From: the human T2T-CHM13v2.0 reference genome, Homo sapiens
Direction: 5' to 3' (one strand)
Length of the DNA stretch: 64,000 bases
NCBI RefSeq assembly: GCF_009914755.1
Contig: NC_060925.1
Shown here piece after piece: positions 52,215-64,000 of this stretch; the first letter of the stretch is position 1, and each line of letters opens with the position of its first letter. The notes below the pieces were generated by a model. The model was not told the origin of the DNA, searched no databases, and saw only the letters and a program-made list of their open reading frames with translations. Made by a program: the position numbers and the translations under genes.

Positions 52215-53514
52215 TCAAGAACTGTTAAAGTTGATAATTGACTGACCCCTGGTGTAGACCATCCCAGCTGAGGGGAGTCTGGGAATATGGACCTGCTCTC
52301 TCAGGGTGGACGTAGCTATGAGATTTGGCTCCTGCCTGGAATGGGGCATTTCCCCAGGGCTTCTTCCTTCTTCCTTGGAAATCTTGAGTCAGAGTGAAGA
52401 GAAGTTTGGGGATTAAGTTTCAGAGAAGCCCCAGCAGAGAGAACAGATTCTTCTATCTGGGATTTAGACTGATGTTTGTGGTGTGCTTGGATGACCTGTG
52501 TCTCTTTTCCCTTTTGCTTTCTTTCCTATAGCTGCCAAGGAGCCTGGAGCCAGGGTCCCTGTGCTTTAGGCAGGCACTTCTCACAGCCTCGGAGAAGTCC
52601 AGGAGCTAGGTCAAGGCAGAGGGTTGGGGGCCACAGACAAGGCCAAGGCGGGGCATGGAACAGCAGGGGTCAGATGTTAGGGGAAGTACGTCGGCACCCG
52701 GGTGGGGATCTTGAATACTATGTCAGGCACCCACAACAAGAGCTTTGGGTGCTTTGTGTCTAGGGCCGGGTACCCTTGTTTCTGCTGCTGATGCCGTGTT
52801 TCCAGTCTGGATTTTAGCAAAATTAACTGACCCATCCTTCTATCTGATGCCTGTTTTCTTCTCTCTCATTAGGGAGTTCTGGGTCCAGCTTTTAGCCCAC
52901 TTATCTGCCTCCAGCTTTCAGCCTACTTATCTGCCTTCCTTAATCTTTTCCCCCTTCTAACCTCTTTTGCTGGCCTGTGCTCCCAGAGTTCCCAGAGTCT
53001 GTCTACACAACTCCCTGTATGTCCTTGGCCTAGGAATTTTTTCCTGTGTTTCTCTAACCAGCTCCTTAGAACCTGGAACTTGTTTCCATGGTCTATACTT
53101 CTTTTCTCTATTTATCCATCTGTCTTCTGATTGAAAAAAAAAATTATTTATTTTTGAAAATTTTTAAATTTTTATTTATTTATTTATTTATTTAATTTTA
53201 TTTTTGAGATGGAGTCTTGCTCTGTCGCCCAGGCTGGAGTGCAGTGGCGCAATCTCGCCTCACTGCAAGCTCCGCCTCCTAGGTTCACACCATTCTCCTG
53301 CCTCAGCCTCCTGAGTAGCTGGGACTACAGGCACCCCCTACCACGCCCAGCTAATTTTTTGTATTTTTAGTAGAGACGGTGTTTCACCGTGTTAGCCAGG
53401 ATGGTCTCGATCTCCTGACCTCATGATCCACCCACCTCAGCCTCCCAAAGTGCTGGGACTACAGGCGTGAGCCACCACACCCAGCCATTTTTTTTTTTTT
53501 TTTTTTTTTTTTGA

Positions 53515-53673
<159 letters not shown>

Positions 53674-53856
53674 TAGTAGAGACGGGGTTTCTCCGTGTTG
53701 GTTAGGCTGGTCTCAAACTCCCGACCTCAGGTGATCCACCCACCTCGGCCTCCCAAAGTGCTGGGATTACAGGTGTGAGCCACCGCGCCTGGCTTTTATT
53801 TAAAAAAAAAAATTTGTTTTCAATTTTTTGTTGTTATTTTTTTTGTGTTTTTTTGA

Positions 53857-54066
<210 letters not shown>

Positions 54067-54492
54067 TGACCTCAGGTGATTCACCTGCCTCTTCTTCCCA
54101 AAGTGCTGGGATTATAGGCGTGAGCCACCACGCCTGGCCTTAATTTTTTTTTTTTTTTTAAAGAGGTGGGGGTCTCACTATGTTGACTAGGCTGGTCTTG
54201 AACTTCTGCCTTCAAGCAATGCTCCCATGTCAGCCTCCCAGAGTCCTAGGATTACAGGCGTGAGCCACTGTGCTCAGCCTGAAAAAATATTTACTGAAGC
54301 CCTCTTTATGGTAGATGCCGGGAAAATATTGTTAGTTTTTGCTAGACCTTGCTGAGATGGCTTGGGTAGGAAGGCATCTTAGAGACTGGTTGGGGTGGGA
54401 GCAGAGCAAAGGGTTTGGAGCCTCTGAAGAGGCTTCTGGTCCCTTAGACTGAAACCATCTTCCATCTTTTTTTTTTTCTTTCTTTGTTTTGA

Positions 54493-54597
<105 letters not shown>

Positions 54598-54933
54598 TGA
54601 GTAGCTGGGATTACAGGCACCTGCCACCACACCTGGCTAATTTTGTATTTTTAGCAGAGATGGGGTTTCACCATGTTGGCCAGGCTGACCTCCAGCTGGC
54701 CAGGCTGGTCTCGAACTCCTGACCTCAGGGGATCTGCCCACCTCAGCCTCCCAAAGTGCTGGGATTACAGGCGTGAGCCACCGCGCCCAGTTCATCTTCC
54801 ATCTTTTCACCTCCACTGCATAGATGTGCCTGTTATATTTCTGAGCCCCCTTCCCCCAGCATTGACCTTGGGGTGGTGACAGTAGAAGGCTGAAACCAAC
54901 ATAGCTGAAACCTCTGCTTCTCTCACCTGGCAG

Positions 54934-55053
54934 GTAAAAGCAGCTGTTAAGTATGCCCTTAGCGTAGGCTACCGCCACATTGATTGTGCTGCTATCTACG
55001 GCAATGAGCCTGAGATTGGGGAGGCCCTGAAGGAGGACGTGGGACCAGGCAAG
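54934..55053 (+). CDS. AKR1A1: AKR1A1 coding exon 2 (catalytic Asp/Tyr)
   Basis: [40 protein letters not shown]; 120 nt. Confidence 0.97.
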
Positions 55054-55233
55054 GTAAGGACTGGGGTTGTAAATAGAGGTGGGATAAGAGAACTTAGAAG
55101 CTGAAGCTAGGGCTGGGGCCCAGCTGGAGGGAATCTGGCATCAGCTTCCTTCCAGTTCCTCTCCCAGAGTTGAGGGTGGGTGAGACCACGTGCTCATGGC
55201 TCTTCTCACTGTGGGCCCTGCCCCCTGCACTAG

Positions 55234-55385
55234 GCGGTGCCTCGGGAGGAGCTGTTTGTGACATCCAAGCTGTGGAACACCAAGCACCACCCCGAGGATG
55301 TGGAGCCTGCCCTCCGGAAGACTCTGGCTGACCTCCAGCTGGAGTATCTGGACCTGTACCTGATGCACTGGCCTTATGCCTTTGA
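55234..55385 (+). CDS. AKR1A1: AKR1A1 coding exon 3 (catalytic Lys/His)
   Basis: [51 protein letters not shown]; 152 nt. Confidence 0.97.
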
Positions 55386-56004
55386 GTGAGCCTTGCCAGA
55401 GCCTCATCTGGGGAATCAGGGGGTTGAGCAGGATGGTGTTAGTAACTTATTGTAAGTCACAGCAGCAGAGCAGGATAGGAACACTCATTTGCATGCCAAG
55501 CTGAGGAGCTTGACATGGGATCTTAGCCTCTTCTGCTACAGCAGCTTAGCTGTAGCTACAGGAGTTTAACTCTGGAAAAAGGAAGGCAGTCTCACATGGT
55601 GTGTACCCCAGGGTATGCACCTGTAACCCTCCTGCTCCCTTTATTCATTTAGAAAAGGTGCTGACTTTTCTGTTGAGCACCTGGGGTTACAGTAATAAGT
55701 AAGTCTCAGCAGAAGATGTGAGAAGAGCTCACCATTAGTGCCGTGCCCTGTGCTGGAAGAAGGGTGGATAACTCCCTGAGGATGAGTTAAGGAAGACTTC
55801 CTAGGGGAGAGGAGATATCTACGTCTAGGAAGAGGAGGGGGCATAGGCATTCCATGTAAACTTAACACCTGGGTTACGATCTGGAAGGATGAAAAAGCAT
55901 GGCTTTTTTTGGCCAGGCGCGGTGGCTCACGCCTGTAATCCCAGCACTTTGGGAGGCTAAGGCGGGCGGATCACGAGGTCAGGAGATCGAGATCATCCTG
56001 GCTA

Positions 56005-56543
<539 letters not shown>

Positions 56544-56850
56544 GTAAGGACAGCAAGCAGATGAGTGGTTTAGGGGTTGTCTGCTCAAGAGCATGAGGGA
56601 GCAGACGATGGATCTGCTTAAGGGAGATAGCTAGCAAGTTGTCAGAGTGTTGGTGCAGAAGTCCTCTGCATAAAGGTGGGCATTGAAGCAGTGGGAGAGA
56701 ATGAAATTGCCGATGGGAAATGGTGAGAAAAGCAGGCTGAAGGGGAGTGGAGGAGTCAGCAATAGGGGGTGGTCCAGACATGCATGTCTGGGATGGGCCA
56801 AGCAAGCTGGGTGTCACCACTTCATGGTGATGGGTTATTCTTTGGCTCAG

Positions 56851-57050
56851 GTGGAATGCCACCCATACTTGGCTCAAAATGAGCTAATTGCCCACTGCCA
56901 AGCACGTGGCCTGGAGGTAACTGCTTATAGCCCTTTGGGCTCCTCTGATCGTGCATGGCGTGATCCTGATGAGCCTGTCCTGCTGGAGGAACCAGTAGTC
57001 CTGGCATTGGCTGAAAAGTATGGCCGATCTCCAGCTCAGATCTTGCTCAG
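56851..57050 (+). CDS. AKR1A1: AKR1A1 coding exon 5
   Basis: [33 protein letters not shown]...[10 protein letters not shown]; 200 nt. Confidence 0.97.
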
Positions 57051-57292
57051 GTATGGGGCAGTCTTAGGGAGAGGGCCCTGGGTTGGGAGGCAAGGGTTAA
57101 GGGATTTCTTATTTCAGTGTCTGGGTGAGGCTGAGGATCTTGCCTTGTGATCTGGAGGGAGGCCACTGTAGGCATATTTCCCATTTCAGCAGGGCTCAGG
57201 TGCTCCAGGAGCTTAGGGAAGCTGCATGGGGAACAAAATAGTGCTTATGAATACTGACCCCTTTTCCTCATCTGTCTAATCCCCCAACTTAG

Positions 57293-57365
57293 GTGGCAGG
57301 TCCAGCGGAAAGTGATCTGCATCCCCAAAAGTATCACTCCTTCTCGAATCCTTCAGAACATCAAG
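57293..57365 (+). CDS. AKR1A1: AKR1A1 coding exon 6
   Basis: [24 protein letters not shown] (IPKS motif); 73 nt. Confidence 0.97.
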
Positions 57366-57508
57366 GTACTTGGTAATGGGTTCTATCTTCTTTAGCTCTT
57401 TGGGACATTTTCTTGGCCCTGACTCTACCTGGCTAAAAAGGCAGTGTTGTGGAACCCCAGCTTCTGCTCACAAAGCTGGCTTTCTTGAACCCCACTCTCC
57501 ATCCTCAG

Positions 57509-57595
57509 GTGTTTGACTTCACCTTTAGCCCAGAAGAGATGAAGCAGCTAAATGCCCTGAACAAAAATTGGAGATATATTGTGCCTATGCTTACG
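57509..57595 (+). CDS. AKR1A1: AKR1A1 coding exon 7
   Basis: [29 protein letters not shown]; 87 nt. Confidence 0.97.
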
Positions 57596-57759
57596 GTGAG
57601 GATGTATCAGCCTCCTAGACTTGGGGAATGTGAGATTTGGGGTGGGATTCTGGCCCAGGTGTGACCTAAGGCTTGCTGGTTGTGAGAAGGACACAATGTT
57701 GTGGGTGGGATTGCTATGCTGGACATAGTGCCCTCATTTCTCTTTATTGAGCTCAGGGA

Positions 57760-57920
57760 AGTAGTATGGCTCAGGGATAAGGCATATAACCTGTGAGTCC
57801 CAGTCCTGCTTCTTGATATCTTGTAACCTAGAGCAAGTTATTAAACTTCTCCAAGCCTCAGCTTCCTATGTGTAAAATGAGCCCAGTTCCTGACATGTAG
57901 TAGATTCTCAGTAAATGATA
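57760..57920 (+). repeat. MIR remnant
   Basis: GCAAGTTATTAAACTTCTCCAAGCCTCAGCTTCCTATGTGTAAAATG resembles the MIR core. Confidence 0.6.
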
Positions 57921-58256
57921 TGAGGAGAGCCCAGAAGGCGTTGTTGACCTCACTCGAGGGATTGGGGTTGGGAGGGAAGTCGGCTGTACTTAGGGAAATA
58001 AATGGTTCCTGGCCTCTTGATCTCAGTTCAGACTGCAAACTCTTAGGGGCAGGGGTAGCTACATATCAGGCTATGGGTTTGGTGCTAGAATGGTGTTGAT
58101 ACTGTGGTGTTCTCTGAGGATGGGGATCCCAGCCAATGCCATCTGGCATAGTGCTGTACACAGGTGAGTTTGTTTAGGAAGATTTGGGGAAGATGCCTGG
58201 AGTCTTTGGAATGGCAACTCCTGCTGATGGAGTAATCTATCTGTCTCTCTTTCCAG

Positions 58257-58322
58257 GTGGATGGGAAGAGAGTCCCAAGGGATGCAGGGCATCCTCTGTA
58301 CCCCTTTAATGACCCGTACTGA
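58257..58322 (+). CDS. AKR1A1: AKR1A1 last coding exon
   Basis: [24 protein letters not shown]; the exon lengths sum to 978 nt. Confidence 0.97.
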   Translation: [21 protein letters not shown]

Positions 58323-58393
58323 GACCACAGCTTCTTGGCCTCCCTTCCAGCTCTGCAGCTAATGAGGTCCTGCCACAACGGAAAGAGGGAGTT

Positions 58394-58399
58394 AATAAA
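58394..58399 (+). terminator. AKR1A1 polyadenylation signal
   Basis: AATAAA about 70 nt after the stop codon, followed by a U/GU-rich tract. Confidence 0.85.
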
Positions 58400-58600
58400 G
58401 CCATTGGAGCATCCATATTGCTTGCTTGTCTTATTTGCCTGGTCAGGCCTGAGATGGAGGCTGTTTCCCTCAGGGATGACAGACCTCGGGCTGCTGGATG
58501 TGACCTGCCCTTGAAGCCCAAATATTCATATCCTGGTTCTGGAGGAACCTGTGAGGAGGCTGAGTAATTCTGTATCCTTGCATTAGGCACGTTGGGAAGT

Positions 58601-58633
58601 AGCGCCATCTACTGGCACATCTTAAGCACTGCA
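58601..58633 (-). promoter_or_regulatory. CTCF site with upstream module
   Basis: Minus strand TGCAGTGCTT-AAGAT-GTGCCAGTAGATGGCGCT, near-consensus core. Confidence 0.7.
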
Positions 58634-59079
58634 TGCTTCCCTGGAGTCTTCTCAAGAATGCCTCAAATTGGCCACCTCAGGAGTGAGCGATCAGGGCAAT
58701 GATTGTCCGTTGGTTTCAAGGCAGTGCTGGACCTGGGCCTTAAGTTTCCATCCCCCTGTCCTGACCAGTGCCTAGGTTTAGTAATTTGAAGAGTCCAAGC
58801 GACTTACATTAAGAAGTTAGGGAATCCTAGCTTGCAAAATCACAAAAGGTGGGGACAGGGGCTTTCTCCATCAGACACTATAGTCAGTGTGCATAGGTGA
58901 CCTGCAGGAGGCAACAGTCCTGCCCAGACCTTGTCACTCGGCCCCTAAGGCCCTATCTTATGCACTTTTTATTGGTGGGCACCAGAGACCACTGATAAAC
59001 AGGTTTTAGGAAGGTTTATGGCAAATCTCTCTAACCTCCAGTCACACGAAACTCTTTACTTTCCCAAACCATTGCTCTT

Positions 59080-59520
59080 TGTTCAAGAAGTATTTATTGG
59101 GTACTTATGGGTTAGGCATGATGCTAAGCCCTGGGGATATAGCTATAACCAAGACACATAAGTCCCTACAGCCTACTTGAGGAGACAGACTAAGTAATTG
59201 CATAATTAGTTTAATTACAGTCGGAAGAAGTGTTATGAGAAGTGCAGGGCGAGTAGCCTACTTATTTAATCAGCTAAGATCTGAAAGATGAATAGGGATT
59301 AATTAGTTAAAGGAGGTAAGAGTGGGAACAGCATTCCATACAAATTGGACAGCTTAGGGAAAAGTCTTGAAACTGGAAGACGCTGCTGGAAAAGCCTAAA
59401 GAAGACTTGTAGGACAGCAACTAAAAGTAAGGGGGACCTGGTGGTAGAGGCGATGGCATAAAACAATGCTGGCATTGGTAGGAACTGATGATTGGAAGGC
59501 CTAAAAGACTGTTGAGATTT
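59080..59520. repeat. L2 remnant
   Basis: TATTTATTGGGTACTTA...GGCATGATGCTAAGCCCTGGGGATATAG resembles the L2 3' end. Confidence 0.55.
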
Positions 59521-59645
59521 CTATTATTTATTTTTTGAATTGAGGTCTCTGTCACCGAGGCTGTAGTATACAAAAATTTTAAATTTTTATAGAGATTAGG
59601 TCTCCTTATGTTGCCCAGGCTGTTTTTTGTTTGTTTGTTTTGTGA

Positions 59646-59747
<102 letters not shown>

Positions 59748-60009
59748 TGAGTAGCTGGGATTACAAGTCCCCGCCATGACACCTGGCTAATTTTTTGTAT
59801 TTTTGGTAGGGATGGGGTTTCCCCGTGTTGGCCAGGCTGGTCTTGAACTCCTGACCTCAAGTGATCTGCCCGCCTCAGCCTCCCAAAGTACTGGGATTAT
59901 AGGCGTCAGCCCTCCCAGGCTGATTTTGAACTCCTAGGTTCAAGACTCCTAAATTCTTGGCCTCCCAAAGTGTTGGGATTACACGTGTGAGCCACTACAC
60001 CCAGCCGCT

Positions 60010-61376
60010 TCCAAATCTTTGTGAACAGTGCTGCAACAAACATGGAAGTGTAGATCTCTCTGATACACTCATTTCCTTTCTTTTGGGCATATACTCAGCA
60101 GTGAGATTGCTGGATCATATCGTAGCTCTATTTTTAGTTTTTTGAGAAACCTCTAAAATGTTCTCCATAGTGGTTGCACTAATTTACATTCCCACCAACA
60201 GTGTTTGAGGGTTCTCTTTTCTCCACATCCTCTCCAGCATTTGTTATTGCCTGTCTTTTGGATAAAAGCCGTTTGAACTGGGGTGAGATGATATCTCATT
60301 GTAGCTTTAACTTGCATTTTTCTGATGATCCGTGATGTTGAGCACCTTTTCATATGCCTGTTTTCCATTTGTATGTCTTCTTTTGAGAAATGTCTATTCA
60401 AATGTTTTGTGTATTTTCACTGGATTATATTTTTTCCCATAGAGTTGTTTGACTTCCTTATATACTCTGGTTATTAATCCTTTGTCAGAGAGATAGTTTG
60501 CAAATATTTTCTCCCATTCTGTGGGTTATCTCTTCACTTTAATGATTGTTTCCTTTGCTGTACAGAAGCTTTTTAACTAGATGTGATCCCATTTGTCCAT
60601 TTTTACTTTGGTTGCCTGTGCTTGTGGGGTATTACTCAAGAAATTTTTACACAGATCAATGTCCTGGAGAGTTTCTCCGGTGTTTTCTTGCAGTTGTTTC
60701 ATATTTCGAGGTCTTAGATTTAAGTCTTTAATTCATTTTGATTTAATTTTTGTATATGGTGAGAGATAGGGGTCTAGTTTCATTCTTCTGCATATGGATA
60801 TCCTGTTTTCCCAGCACCATTTATTGAAGAGACTGTCTTTTCCCCAGTATGTGTTCTTGGCACGTTTGTTGACAATGAGTTCACTGCAGGTGTGTGGATT
60901 TGTTTCTGAGTCCTCTATTCTGTTCCATTGGTCTATATGTCTGTTTTTATGCCAGTACCATGCTGTTTTGGTTACTATAGCTCTGTAACAAAATTTGAAG
61001 TAAGATAATGTGATTCCTTCAGTTTTGTTCTTTTTGCTTAGTATAGCTTTGGCTATTCTGGGTCTTTTGTGGTTCCATATAAATTTTATGATTGTCTTTT
61101 CCATTTCTGTAAAGAATGTCATTGATATTTTGATAGTGATTGCATTGAATCTGTAGATTGCTTTCAGTAGTATGGACATTTTAACAATATTGATTCTTCC
61201 AATTCATGAACATGGAATATCTTTCCATTTTTTTGTGTCCTCTTCAATTTATTTTGTCAGTGTTTTATAGTTTTCATTATAGAGATTTTTTCTTTGGTTA
61301 AGCTCATTCCTAGATATTTGGTTTTATTTGTAGCTGTTGTAAATGGGATTACTTTATTTCGTTTCCAGACTGTTCA
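60010..61376 (-). mobile_element. LINE-1 fragment (ORF2 C-terminal region, old subfamily)
   Basis: [49 protein letters not shown] and [12 protein letters not shown]...; reading frame disrupted. Confidence 0.92.
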
Positions 61377-61500
61377 GAAATTAGTCTTGACTTAAACATC
61401 TCACCCTGCCTAACATTAACATTCTCTATAGCAAATGTCTATTTTGTTGTTGTTAACAACTTACCTGAAAAATTAGCAACAGACATCTTTGTCTAATCAC

Positions 61501-61806
61501 TGTGGTTGTAGGAAAATCCAGGTTCTTGTCACATGAACAGGAAAGATTAGGCTCGCAGAAACTTTGAGGGGTGAGGGGGATGGAATTTATTGGGGAAAAA
61601 GGAAAAACAACACAGCAAAGCAAGAGAGGGGTTCCTGTTAACAGGCCCTCATCTCACAGATTGAATCCCAGGTTCCACACAGGAACAGGAGGGGCCAGGC
61701 TCCTCCCCGCTGCAAACAGCATGAACTTCCATGGCTCCACCCCATTCTCCCAGTGCGCAGGCCAGTCAGAGGTTCTCTGGGAACCCCTTTATACTTGGCT
61801 GTCTCA
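61501..61806 (-). mobile_element. MER61-like ERV1 3' LTR
   Basis: Minus strand starts TGAGACAGCC after purine tract GGGGGAA; GGGGAGGAGCCTGGCCCC and GGAACCTGGGATTCAATCTG motifs; AATAAA near the end. Confidence 0.7.
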
Positions 61807-63940
<2,134 letters not shown>

Positions 63941-64000
63941 GGCTGGGCATGGTGGCTCACACCTGTAATCCCAGCACTTTGGGAGGCCAAGGCAGGCGGA

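Noticed and set aside
56683-57150. 155-aa ORF as a separate gene
   Set aside because: It is AKR1A1 coding exon 5 read through into the flanking introns
61501-61806. p53 response element in the MER61-like LTR
   Set aside because: No paired RRRCWWGYYY half-sites seen in this copy

Overview
Human genomic DNA, recognised from the encoded proteins as the PRDX1-AKR1A1 interval (1p34.1). PRDX1 lies on the minus strand: exons 1-5 are in the window, and the last coding exon falls just off the left edge. AKR1A1 is complete on the plus strand, with 8 coding exons totalling 978 nt (325 aa). The two genes are divergent, with CpG-island promoters about 29 kb apart. The rest is very Alu-dense. It holds two independent same-orientation HERV-K(HML-2) solo LTRs that bracket PRDX1 exons 1-5, a MER4-group LTR in the PRDX1 upstream region, Alu-interrupted HMGB1 and TMA7 processed pseudogenes, MER20/MER2 DNA transposons, an L1 fragment and a MER61-type ERV1 remnant. 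The most notable unexplained items are: (1) a TSD-flanked, poly(A)-tailed retrocopy of an apparently spliced THE1-LTR-initiated transcript; (2) a ~65-bp paralogous element in both introns flanking PRDX1 exon 3; (3) a perfect 155-bp tandem duplication upstream of PRDX1; (4) a templated insertion in an Alu copied from a nearby AKR1A1 exon; (5) a TE-built AKR1A1 5'UTR exon carrying four uORFs. No prokaryotic-type systems are present. Most ORF-track entries are Alu read-throughs. Repeat family names and any recalled annotations come from memory of consensus sequences and were not verified by search.
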